Source of the DNA: Candidatus Saccharimonadia bacterium
GTDB lineage: Bacteria; Patescibacteriota; Saccharimonadia; Saccharimonadales; JALRHH01
Length of the DNA: 64,000 nucleotides
Direction of reading: 5' to 3'
Assembly: GCA_023253175.1 (NCBI GenBank)
Contig: JALRHH010000001.1
Location: 300,020-364,019 of the forward strand
Shown: piece after piece, positions 31,070-38,539 of the stretch
How positions within the stretch are numbered: position 1 is the first letter of the stretch
Layout of the letters: each line of letters starts with the position of its first letter
Position numbers and translations under genes: made by a program
Notes under the pieces: model-generated
The model's database searches: none
What the model was told of the DNA's origin: nothing
Seen by the model: only the letters and a program-made list of their open reading frames with translations

Positions 31070-31116
31070 AGCATAAGCACTTTGCGAAAGCAGAGTGTTT
31101 TTGTTTTGGTATACTG
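31045..31116 (+). repeat. array repeat R0 (authentic tRNA 3' end plus hairpin module)
   Basis: GGTTCGAATCCCGCCCTCGGAGCCAAGCATAAGCACTTTGCGAAAGCAGAGTGTTTTTGTTTTGGTATACTGCA. Confidence 0.8.
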
Positions 31117-31121
31117 CATTT

Positions 31122-31712
31122 ATGACAGAACAGTATCTTCCAGAGCTTACTGAACCAGTAAGTCTTCACGGTATTGCTGGTTTAGAAAATATTCCAGTTA
31201 GAGCAGGCATAGAGTTACGACCTCTGATGGTATCTGATGCTCAGCGAATATTAGAGATTCTAGACACTGATCCAACTATTCGTGAGCGTGTTTCTGTGGC
31301 TTCAAAAATGCATTCACCTGAAGATGTTGCCGAGCAGGTTGAGACTTACCAGAATGACGAACATCTTATCCGTTATGCAATAGTTCAGGATAATTCTCCT
31401 ATTGGACTTGTATCATTCTGGCGTGACGTCGATAATTCTTTTGATGCTCCTGATGCTCCTGACGATTATGGTTTTGGCTACTTTCTCGACCCAGCCAATC
31501 GTGGAAGTGGCATAGTAACTGATGCAGTAAAAAGTATTATGGATCGTGCTATTGAAGTAATGCACGTAAATCAATTTATTGCATATTGTGAAGACAATAA
31601 TCCTGGCAGTATCGCAGTACTAACTAAAGTCGGTTTTCATCCGACAGATACTGTTTTAGAAGAGCAGACAACTGGCTGGGTTGAGCGTAAGTATGTTCGT
31701 GAAATTCTGTAA
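31122..31712 (+). CDS. GNAT-family N-acetyltransferase (cassette 1)
   Basis: RGSGIVTDAVKSIMDRAIE (acetyl-CoA loop-like) and NPGSIAVLTKVGFHP. Start trimmed to ATG 31122 so that it lies outside the repeat. Confidence 0.75.
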   Translation: MTEQYLPELTEPVSLHGIAGLENIPVRAGIELRPLMVSDAQRILEILDTDPTIRERVSVASKMHSPEDVAEQVETYQNDEHLIRYAIVQDNSPIGLVSFWRDVDNSFDAPDAPDDYGFGYFLDPANRGSGIVTDAVKSIMDRAIEVMHVNQFIAYCEDNNPGSIAVLTKVGFHPTDTVLEEQTTGWVERKYVREIL

Positions 31713-31727
31713 ACTAGATATCATTCT

Positions 31728-31795
31728 TAGTTCGAATTTCATCCACTAATGGGAGCCAAACTAAGAAGTCCACATTTTGTGGGCTTTTTAGTTTG
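31728..31795 (+). repeat. array repeat R1a (variant outer stem)
   Basis: TAGTTCGAATTTCATCCACTAATGGGAGCCAAACTAAGAAGTCCACATTTTGTGGGCTTTTTAGTTTG. The outer stem is CAAACTAA/TTAGTTTG. Confidence 0.75.
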
Positions 31796-31898
31796 ATTCG
31801 TGGCGAGAGTTGAACCCGATAGTCCGAAGGACCGGGTTCGATAAGCAAAGTCACGCGCAGATGCTTGCATCGAGCATGGCTGCAGGTTATATAGTATA
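31796..31898. other. ORF-less cassette content A (conserved non-coding element)
   Basis: GGCGAGAGTTGAACCCGATAGTCCGAAGGACC resembles GAGCGAGACTTGAATCCGAGACCGATTCGAAGGATC at 33533-33570. Function unknown. Confidence 0.3.
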
Positions 31899-31956
31899 AT
31901 CCTGCCCTCAGAGCACTTTGTGAGAGCAGAGGTTTTTGTCTTGGTTGTGCTTGCAA
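31899..31956 (+). repeat. array repeat R1b (second close copy of the tRNA-Asn 3' end)
   Basis: TAATCCTGCCCTCAGAGCACTTTGTGAGAGCAGAGGTTTTTGTCTTGGTTGTGCTTGCAA, compared with the tRNA sequence AATCCCGCCCTCGGAGCCA..GCACTTTGCGAAAGCAGAGTG. Confidence 0.7.
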
Positions 31957-31996
31957 ATACTTTATGCTGGTCTAAAATTAAATCAAGGAGATAGCT

Positions 31997-32470
31997 ATGT
32001 TGTACGGAGAGAAGCTAGAGATTAGAGAACCATTGTTAGTAGCCCGCCTAAATGTTCTAGATAGTCCATCAGTTCAGAGAAGGGTTCGTAGGGCAACACG
32101 ACATGTACTTATGCACGTGGTTGAAAACCCTAACACACAATATGCAATAACTTGTGAACCAAGGGCGATTAGCACTAAGATTCAAACGCTTGTACTGGGA
32201 CAATATAATACTTCAGCCGAATTTGAAGCATTACCAGAAGGTAATAATTTCTTCTACAGGAAAACATCTGAAGATGGAGTACTTTTCAACCCTGAATGGA
32301 CTGGTAGCCCAGACGGGCTGTACGCCCCACATGCTATGAACTATGTTGATCAGCTTATTGCCAATGGTGCGCGTGTAATGAGTGCACTAAATATACCTAG
32401 CACGCAAGAAATACGTGCCTCAGGTCCTCAACCAAGCTACCCTAAACCAGTTGGTCCTGGGGGGGCATAG
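31997..32470 (+). CDS. hypothetical protein (157 aa, cassette 3)
   Basis: AAGGAG RBS at 31985-31990. The TAG stop is the first triplet of repeat R2. Confidence 0.5.
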   Translation: MLYGEKLEIREPLLVARLNVLDSPSVQRRVRRATRHVLMHVVENPNTQYAITCEPRAISTKIQTLVLGQYNTSAEFEALPEGNNFFYRKTSEDGVLFNPEWTGSPDGLYAPHAMNYVDQLIANGARVMSALNIPSTQEIRASGPQPSYPKPVGPGGA

Positions 32471-32550
32471 CCTGAACCTCGTCTACTAGGGAGAGCCATA
32501 AGCATTTTGACCTCTGTTTCGGCAGAGGTTTTTGTTTTGGTTATGCTTGC
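32468..32550 (+). repeat. array repeat R2
   Basis: TAGCCTGAACCTCGTCTACTAGGGAGAGCCATAAGCATTTTGACCTCTGTTTCGGCAGAGGTTTTTGTTTTGGTTATGCTTGC. Confidence 0.8.
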
Positions 32551-32585
32551 TTATTACTTAGCTTTGCAAGAAGATATAATCTCAT

Positions 32586-32945
32586 ATGCGTGAAAGAATA
32601 GAAATCATCCAAGTTGGCGAAGATAGACAAGCCCCAATTGACCAGTTTCTTGGCTATCTAGAGAATGGTTTATTCGCCACTCCCGAAAGTGGACAATGGC
32701 GTGAACACGATGAGTTGTTTCACATTCCAAGAATCAATACACTTTCAGTAGATGAGGTACAGTTTGTTATGGATGCCGCACAGCTTGCGCGTCGACTTCT
32801 ACATGAAGGCAGGAAGATTCCAGCTGTGTACGCTGCAGAAAGTATTGATCGCTTTCTGACAGACGTGGTTTCTTCGCAAATCTTTGAACGTCAGGAACTT
32901 GAAAAAAAGATGATCCAATACGGCGTGCAGGAGCGATTGTTTTAG
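32586..32945 (+). CDS. hypothetical protein (119 aa, cassette 4)
   Basis: ORF between R2 and R3. TATAAT at 32575-32580 lies only 5 nt from the ATG, so the transcript may be leaderless. Confidence 0.5.
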   Translation: MRERIEIIQVGEDRQAPIDQFLGYLENGLFATPESGQWREHDELFHIPRINTLSVDEVQFVMDAAQLARRLLHEGRKIPAVYAAESIDRFLTDVVSSQIFERQELEKKMIQYGVQERLF

Positions 32946-32981
32946 TTAATACGCTACTGCATAGGAGGTGGTTATTCTTTA

Positions 32982-33063
32982 CAGTTCGACTTGTTTCACT
33001 AATAGTGAGCCAAGCATAAGCAGTTTGCGGAAGCAGAGTGTTTTTTGTTTGGTTATGCTTGCA
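32982..33063 (+). repeat. array repeat R3
   Basis: CAGTTCGACTTGTTTCACTAATAGTGAGCCAAGCATAAGCAGTTTGCGGAAGCAGAGTGTTTTTTGTTTGGTTATGCTTGCA. Confidence 0.8.
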
Positions 33064-33107
33064 AGTCACACTAAGCTAAAAGATAATAATGGCCAAGGAG
33101 AGAACAC

Positions 33108-33464
33108 ATGCATTTTATACAGGGAGAACCAACTCAGATTACTTTTGATAATTCTGACGAGCTGCAAGCATTAGGATGGGCATGCTCAGATATGAGAAGG
33201 GCAAATCCTGACGATGAGCAAACAGTGTCAGCATATGGTATTGCCTTGCGTGGTACAGAAGTCCGACACAACCAGTCAGACAATAAGGATTTTCCGCTCG
33301 TAGGTGAAGAGGCTGATGTCGTTCTTTCAGTATTACGACAGTGGGTTGAACTAGGACCTCCAGCTAAAGAAGGCCAAGTTACTGATGCCGCAAGAGCAAA
33401 AAGCTACAAAACTGCTCAAAGTATCGTAACTCAAGTTACAGAACTTACTCAAGCAGAACGCTAG
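33108..33464 (+). CDS. hypothetical protein (118 aa, cassette 5)
   Basis: AAGGAG RBS. Stop codon is the TAG of TAGTTCGAA in R4a. Confidence 0.5.
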   Translation: MHFIQGEPTQITFDNSDELQALGWACSDMRRANPDDEQTVSAYGIALRGTEVRHNQSDNKDFPLVGEEADVVLSVLRQWVELGPPAKEGQVTDAARAKSYKTAQSIVTQVTELTQAER

Positions 33465-33530
33465 TTCGAATTTCGTCCACTAGTGGGGAGTCAAATAAAA
33501 TAACTCTCGAAAGAGGGTGTTTTTATTTGG
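33462..33530 (+). repeat. array repeat R4a (variant outer stem)
   Basis: TAGTTCGAATTTCGTCCACTAGTGGGGAGTCAAATAAAATAACTCTCGAAAGAGGGTGTTTTTATTTGG. The outer stem is CAAATAAAA/TTTTATTTG. Confidence 0.75.
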
Positions 33531-33636
33531 ATTTGAGCGAGACTTGAATCCGAGACCGATTCGAAGGATCAAGGTCACGATGTTCGGTCTGCAAAGGCTC
33601 TCACAGGAATTTATTGCAAAAAAACTTGCAGGTATA
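33531..33636. other. ORF-less cassette content B (conserved non-coding element)
   Basis: Related to element A. Contains an internal 7-bp stem, AGACCGA..TCGGTCT. Function unknown. Confidence 0.3.
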
Positions 33637-33697
33637 AACTCTCGTCCCAGCAAGATAAGCATAAGCACGCTACGAAAAGATTTCTGCTTATGCTTGC
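33637..33697 (+). repeat. array repeat R4b
   Basis: AACTCTCGTCCCAGCAAGATAAGCATAAGCACGCTACGAAAAGATTTCTGCTTATGCTTGCAA. Confidence 0.65.
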
Positions 33698-33727
33698 AAT
33701 ATAAATGTAAAGGAAGATACTAAAGCC

Positions 33728-34636
33728 ATGAAAACCATTGAATCCCGAATTCCAGCTGGTCCACCTGAGTTACCCGAGATAGCAGGCGAAACTATTGAAA
33801 ACATTCTTGAGACACATAACATTGCGGGGGTGCTCAAAGAACACGGCTGCGACCCATCCCTGGCGGTAGAAACGGCTACAAATTATGCGCAAATAGAGGT
33901 CGCGGAAAACTATTACTACCCGCTTGTAGGTAGGCTGATTCAGTATTTAGCCGATATTCCTCCGGCAATGGTGACGCACAGCGACCAAATAGGTGGCATG
34001 AAATTTCGGACGCAGGCAACATGGGGATTTTATACTATCGACAGACATCACCCCACTGGACCTAAAGAGACAAAATTGACTCTTGGAATACCAAAAGATG
34101 TAGATCCGAGCTCGGAAATGATTGAAGCGATTCAATCCATTAATAATGATAACCCTATTAGACATAGACTTCTTGGACTAGCTCCGGAGCGAAAGCGCGT
34201 GTTTGGACGTGAGACAGTGGATCAAGTTCGGCTAAAGCAGACACTTGGTAAGCTATTCACAGAACACGTAGCGGTCGTAGATGCTTATGAATTTACTCAA
34301 GATTTGGCTCTCCCTTATCAACTAGGCGCACCAAAGAGTAAGAACGAGCACATTGCTCAGTACCTCCAGCCTCATTATCCACGACATTCTTTTAAAGAGT
34401 ATTGGAGACCCGAGACGCTGGCTCAAGACCTTGAGTCAAGAGACAAAGATACAGATGGTACAACTGGCACTACACCAACAGAAAAGCACCAATGGATGCT
34501 AAATCTAAATCGTCGCGCAACTATTCAATACTTACTTCAGAGGGCAGTAGAGGTAGAGCGTTATGGTCAAATTATTGAAGCTGGCACACCCTTAAGTGAC
34601 CGAGATATTGCAGTACAACGTACAAGCCCAGCTTAA
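33728..34636 (+). CDS. hypothetical protein (302 aa, cassette 7)
   Basis: ORF following R4b. No motif recognised. Confidence 0.55.
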   Translation: MKTIESRIPAGPPELPEIAGETIENILETHNIAGVLKEHGCDPSLAVETATNYAQIEVAENYYYPLVGRLIQYLADIPPAMVTHSDQIGGMKFRTQATWGFYTIDRHHPTGPKETKLTLGIPKDVDPSSEMIEAIQSINNDNPIRHRLLGLAPERKRVFGRETVDQVRLKQTLGKLFTEHVAVVDAYEFTQDLALPYQLGAPKSKNEHIAQYLQPHYPRHSFKEYWRPETLAQDLESRDKDTDGTTGTTPTEKHQWMLNLNRRATIQYLLQRAVEVERYGQIIEAGTPLSDRDIAVQRTSPA

Positions 34637-34756
34637 CTAAGATCTTTGAATTATCAACAGATAGAAGCATGGTCTTTACTCATCCCTTGAATGATACACA
34701 AGGTGATGGAAAGCGCAATTAGATCATGGAGATAGTTACCTCAGGTGAAAAATCAA

Positions 34757-34829
34757 AGATCATGCTTGCCAGAACGCGAAGATATACGATCGTATTTCGT
34801 GAAGGCAGATTGTTTTGGTTATGCTTGCC
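34757..34829 (+). repeat. array repeat R5 (degenerate, lacks the TTCGAA segment)
   Basis: AGATCATGCTTGCCAGAACGCGAAGATATACGATCGTATTTCGTGAAGGCAGATTGTTTTGGTTATGCTTGCC. Confidence 0.5.
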
Positions 34830-34862
34830 TTATAGCATTTCAGGGCATACCATACATTTGAA

Positions 34863-35138
34863 ATGCCAGAAATACGCTTAAGTGATTTTGAAGAAGAATT
34901 AATTCCACCCATATTGCCCCCATGCATTGAAGACCAATGTCCAAATATTACTAATCCTTCGGGACGTGATGTATTAGTATGTCTTTCAGGTATCCATGTA
35001 CTCCGCCTCTTAGGCAAAACTAGTATTTTCGAGAGTACGCCATGTGGTTCTGAGGCACTTGCAACCAATGAAGACATTAAGGATGGCGAACAGCCTAGCT
35101 CGGGTAAACTGTGGCAAGATACTAAATATTATTACTAG
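34863..35138 (+). CDS. hypothetical protein (91 aa, cassette 8)
   Basis: ORF. Stop codon is the TAG of TAGTTCGAA in R6. Confidence 0.4.
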   Translation: MPEIRLSDFEEELIPPILPPCIEDQCPNITNPSGRDVLVCLSGIHVLRLLGKTSIFESTPCGSEALATNEDIKDGEQPSSGKLWQDTKYYY

Positions 35139-35205
35139 TTCGAAAGTTGTTCACCGGGTAGAGCTAAGCACAAGCACTTTGCGAGAGCAGAGTGTTTTTG
35201 TTTGT
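35136..35205 (+). repeat. array repeat R6
   Basis: TAGTTCGAAAGTTGTTCACCGGGTAGAGCTAAGCACAAGCACTTTGCGAGAGCAGAGTGTTTTTGTTTGT. Confidence 0.75.
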
Positions 35206-35236
35206 AAATCATTTCTTTGTCTGCCAGACTGGGACT

Positions 35237-35662
35237 ATGTCTAGTATTGAAGAATGTCCGTTTTGTAATTTAGGTGATCGAATTCTACTTGAAAATGAGC
35301 ATGCTAATCTATTCTTAAGTAACCCACGAAAGGTTAAGGGTCAGGTATTGATTACCCCTAAAAGACACATTGAACAATCGTGGGAAATGTCTGACGAAGA
35401 GCTTCTGGCCGTATTCAGTCTCATTAAAGTTGCCCAGCACAAATTGATTGCCGAATTTGGCGGTGGAGTAGACGTAAAGCAAAACTATCGTCCGTTCATG
35501 AAGCAAGGTCGTGTAAAAGTCGACCATACTCATTACCATGTATATCCACGAACAAGCGAGGATGAGCTCTACCAACAGGTAGAGCGGCATGAAACACCAA
35601 TGTTTATTAATCTTTCGGAAGATGAAGAAGTAAAAATCTCTGGTCTTTTCCGCCAAGATTAG
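35237..35662 (+). CDS. HIT-family (histidine triad) nucleotide hydrolase/transferase (cassette 9)
   Basis: Histidine triad VDHTHYHVYPR and an N-terminal CPFC zinc-like motif. Start trimmed to ATG 35237. Stop is the TAG of R7. Confidence 0.8.
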   Translation: MSSIEECPFCNLGDRILLENEHANLFLSNPRKVKGQVLITPKRHIEQSWEMSDEELLAVFSLIKVAQHKLIAEFGGGVDVKQNYRPFMKQGRVKVDHTHYHVYPRTSEDELYQQVERHETPMFINLSEDEEVKISGLFRQD

Positions 35663-35740
35663 TTCGAGCTTCAGACACCGCGGGAGCCATAAGCATTTTG
35701 ACCTCTGTTTATTCAAAGGTTTTATTTTGGTTATGCTTGC
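35660..35740 (+). repeat. array repeat R7
   Basis: TAGTTCGAGCTTCAGACACCGCGGGAGCCATAAGCATTTTGACCTCTGTTTATTCAAAGGTTTTATTTTGGTTATGCTTGC. Confidence 0.8.
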
Positions 35741-35787
35741 AAATCATTTTTCAACATTAGAAAATAAGTAAAAGTAAGGAGTAACTT

Positions 35788-36930
35788 ATGACCTACGAGC
35801 CAGTGGAAGGAGTTGATTATTTAATTGACCTCTATGCGATTGCCAATGTTCCTCATGAAGTTAAGCAAGATGAAATAAATCTTGCTATAAATGCCCGACT
35901 AAAGGAATACCATCCCGATAGACTCCAGGGACTTGCACCCGAATTTCGAGAAAAAGGTGAACGAATGGCCCGACTTCTCAACCGTGCAAAGACAATTCTA
36001 TTAGATCCTGAGTCTCGCTCACAATACGATGAAGTATTGTCTGAATGGGACGGTCCTCTTAGCAAAGACGGTAGACCCGTTGTGGTCATTGGGCGCCTTG
36101 CACGGGCAGAAGCTGCTAGTAAGTCTCCGGAAGAAGTAGAGGCGGGAATTGCCTCCCAAATTCCACAGATTGAAAGTATGACAGGATATTCTGCCTCTCA
36201 GCTTTCTTTTCTTGAGAAAATGGTACAACAAGCAGGCGATGACGCTCCTGATGATCTCCTCCAAGCATATGAAGCAGCCTTACTTAGTCAAGACAGGGCA
36301 CTTGCGATAGAAGAAGCCAATCGTGGTGACCTTCTTGGCATACCAAGTATGGAAGGTACTCGGTATATTGCTACGCTAGACTATGCTGAGGATAAAGCTC
36401 ACGCAATTGAGACAGCTCAAAAGGCGTATAAGGAAGAATTTATTACCGCAGCCATTGGAGGCGTCAGCACTCGACTTGCATTACTAGCAGGAGAGAGCAC
36501 ACCCGAAACTAGCACCACTCTTGTTTCCCCAGAGCCTATTGAATTACCAACCTACTTTGACGAACAAGCGGCAAAGATTAAGGAGATTGCCGAAAAGCGA
36601 CAAGTTATTGTAGAAAAACGGCTTGCAAACCTTAAGCCTACGTATCCAGAAATAGAGCTTCAGGATGAAGCGCAGCAGACACTAGCATTGCGATTTGGGT
36701 CTGTGTGGCTAGGGCTCATTGTCGATACAGAGAAACAAAGTGTAAACAGTGTTGACATACCATCAGATATTAAGCAGCTGCTGTCAGAAGAAGACTATGT
36801 TACGGTAATTCAGAACGGCTTTAACGTCATGACTATTGAACCACTCGACCAATTAGACTTTGAAGAGCTGATTAACGCAGCGGTCGAGTATCATGTTAAA
36901 AGGTACGGGCTTCTTCTAGAAGAAAATTAG
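35788..36930 (+). CDS. J-domain (DnaJ N-terminal domain) protein, 380 aa (cassette 10)
   Basis: DLYAIANVPHEVKQDEINLAINARLKEYHPDR with the HPD tripeptide. The rest is unrecognised. Stop is the TAG of R8. Confidence 0.75.
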   Translation: MTYEPVEGVDYLIDLYAIANVPHEVKQDEINLAINARLKEYHPDRLQGLAPEFREKGERMARLLNRAKTILLDPESRSQYDEVLSEWDGPLSKDGRPVVVIGRLARAEAASKSPEEVEAGIASQIPQIESMTGYSASQLSFLEKMVQQAGDDAPDDLLQAYEAALLSQDRALAIEEANRGDLLGIPSMEGTRYIATLDYAEDKAHAIETAQKAYKEEFITAAIGGVSTRLALLAGESTPETSTTLVSPEPIELPTYFDEQAAKIKEIAEKRQVIVEKRLANLKPTYPEIELQDEAQQTLALRFGSVWLGLIVDTEKQSVNSVDIPSDIKQLLSEEDYVTVIQNGFNVMTIEPLDQLDFEELINAAVEYHVKRYGLLLEEN

Positions 36931-36990
36931 TTCAGGCCTCATCCACCGGGAGAGCTATAAGCACTTTTACCTCTGTAGTGGAGGTCTTTT
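36928..36990 (+). repeat. array repeat R8 (right half truncated)
   Basis: TAGTTCAGGCCTCATCCACCGGGAGAGCTATAAGCACTTTTACCTCTGTAGTGGAGGTCTTTT. Confidence 0.65.
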
Positions 36991-37004
36991 GATACACTTA
37001 GTGA

Positions 37005-37634
37005 ATGGTACTAACTGAAAATAGCTCAAACTATATCAATAAAGAAGCTGTCGGCTACTTAGTAAATTCCGGCCTAAGCCCAGAGAACCAAAGTAAGGTA
37101 GCTGATATTCACGAAAAGCTCATTTCAAAATTTGGCAATAATATTTGGTGTCCGCCACCAGAGACACTGCATATTACGCTCATGGACTGGCTTGCGCCAC
37201 TCGTTGACTACGAAAGAGATAAAGATGTCCTGTTTGAAGAAATACGACCAACATATAGCAGATCTCTAGAGGAAGCCATCGCTGGTATCGGTAGCATTAC
37301 AGTTAAGTTTGATGTACTGCACGTAAGTCCAGGTGCTGTCTTTAGCGTCGGCCAGGACGGAGGACAACTTAACCATATTAGAGAGTCGTTTTTAAATAAA
37401 GTAGAAGAGCTTTTAGACGGTACAAAACAACCTCCAAATATAGCCCATTTTTCTGTAGCACGATTTATGGCTGAAGTTGATATTGAAGATGTCGAAGCAG
37501 TGCTTGAAGAATGTTCAATTGATATTATCCAAGAAATAAATTCATTTCGTCTCATTCGTGAGACAAAGCTTCCGATGCAACAGTATGAAGTAATTCAGGA
37601 GTATATTCTTGAAGACAAATCAACGCATTACTAG
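37005..37634 (+). CDS. 2H-phosphoesterase superfamily protein (LigT / cyclic phosphodiesterase-like) (cassette 11)
   Basis: Two HxT/S motifs at the expected spacing: LHITLM and AHFSVAR. Stop is the TAG of R9. Confidence 0.6.
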   Translation: MVLTENSSNYINKEAVGYLVNSGLSPENQSKVADIHEKLISKFGNNIWCPPPETLHITLMDWLAPLVDYERDKDVLFEEIRPTYSRSLEEAIAGIGSITVKFDVLHVSPGAVFSVGQDGGQLNHIRESFLNKVEELLDGTKQPPNIAHFSVARFMAEVDIEDVEAVLEECSIDIIQEINSFRLIRETKLPMQQYEVIQEYILEDKSTHY

Positions 37635-37700
37635 TTCGAAGCTCGTTCACTAGAGAGCCAAGCATAATCATTACTAAAGAGAAAAGTGATTTTGTTTTAC
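37632..37700 (+). repeat. array repeat R9
   Basis: TAGTTCGAAGCTCGTTCACTAGAGAGCCAAGCATAATCATTACTAAAGAGAAAAGTGATTTTGTTTTAC. Confidence 0.7.
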
Positions 37701-37731
37701 AAAATTTTAATTTATGATATTATAAATTTCT

Positions 37732-38151
37732 ATGAGTCCGGAGAGAACAGAAAGTTGGGATTGGTCACAACTTGATCCAATGACTAAAAGTGTCGTAGCG
37801 GCTTTTTCGTGGCGGATTGGCAATGACGAAGGCTGTTTATCAGACCAGGCATTTATTGGCTCAACCACAGAAGCATTCGAAAGTATGACCACTGAAGACA
37901 TTGTAAGAACCGTTCAATGTACCGGTCGAACAGGATTACGTAATATGATCATTGGTAGATTGTCAGGAGCGGACGGAGAATCAGTACGGCGAATGACTGA
38001 GCAAATCGGTGAATTAGCTGGAGGTAGTGATACTTCAAGATTATTAGCCAAGTTTGCGTGCCAACAACTAACTGGTAAATTAAACAGTAGCTATGATGCG
38101 ATTCCTACACTAAGTGTTCTTAGTGAGATGGCTACTGCTCGAATTAGTTAA
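37732..38151 (+). CDS. hypothetical protein (139 aa, cassette 12)
   Basis: ORF between R9 and R10. Confidence 0.45.
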   Translation: MSPERTESWDWSQLDPMTKSVVAAFSWRIGNDEGCLSDQAFIGSTTEAFESMTTEDIVRTVQCTGRTGLRNMIIGRLSGADGESVRRMTEQIGELAGGSDTSRLLAKFACQQLTGKLNSSYDAIPTLSVLSEMATARIS

Positions 38152-38170
38152 AGTTGCGCCTTTTTACTTT

Positions 38171-38246
38171 ACTTCGATAATCGTCCAGGATAGGGAACCA
38201 AACATAAACACTCTGCGAAAGCAGAGTGTTTATGTTTGTTATACTT
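38171..38246 (+). repeat. array repeat R10 (continuous perfect 18-bp hairpin)
   Basis: ACTTCGATAATCGTCCAGGATAGGGAACCAAACATAAACACTCTGCGAAAGCAGAGTGTTTATGTTTGTTATAC. Confidence 0.75.
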
Positions 38247-38252
38247 AAAGAC

Positions 38253-38402
38253 ATGACTAAGAAAAAATTAATTCTTTGTATGTTAATTACCCTAACAGTA
38301 ACATTATTGGCTGCTGCGGTTTTGTACAGTAAAGAGAAAAAGAAATGCGAAACAAGTGCAACTTATTTCAGTACTCATCCTAATTTCTGCCCAGCCTCCT
38401 AA
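38253..38402 (+). CDS. 49-aa membrane peptide (cassette 13), below the ORF-track size cut-off
   Basis: My translation is MTKKKLILCMLITLTVTLLAAAVLYSKEKKKCETSATYFSTHPNFCPAS. It occupies the whole R10-R11 interval. Confidence 0.35.
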   Translation: MTKKKLILCMLITLTVTLLAAAVLYSKEKKKCETSATYFSTHPNFCPAS

Positions 38403-38405
38403 TTA

Positions 38406-38488
38406 AAGTTCTAATCTCGTCCATTAGACGGAGCCATAAGCATTTTGACCTCTGTTTCGGCAGAGGTTTTTGTTTTGGTTATGCTTGC
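38406..38488 (+). repeat. array repeat R11
   Basis: AAGTTCTAATCTCGTCCATTAGACGGAGCCATAAGCATTTTGACCTCTGTTTCGGCAGAGGTTTTTGTTTTGGTTATGCTTGC. The last 58 nt are identical to R2. Confidence 0.8.
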
Positions 38489-38539
38489 ATGCTATTAATC
38501 ACCCTGCCATACTAAACTACGATATAAGAGACAAATTCC

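Noticed and set aside
31801-33605. Minus-strand tRNA genes in the two ORF-less cassettes (3' ends GGGTTCAACTCTCGCCA and GGATTCAAGTCTCGCTCA)
   Set aside because: I could not form a T stem, a D arm or a 7-bp acceptor stem. For element B, the best acceptor pairing was 5 of 7 over a 70-nt span. They are treated as tRNA-like remnants or unknown elements, not as tRNA genes.
31714-35077. Minus-strand ORFs inside the cassette array (31714-31956, 32767-33069, 33480-33668, 34760-35077) and plus-strand ORFs 32968-33174 and 33517-33723
   Set aside because: They run straight through the conserved repeats and hairpins or lie antisense to better cassette genes. They have no RBS, and their apparent length is created by the repeat sequence itself.
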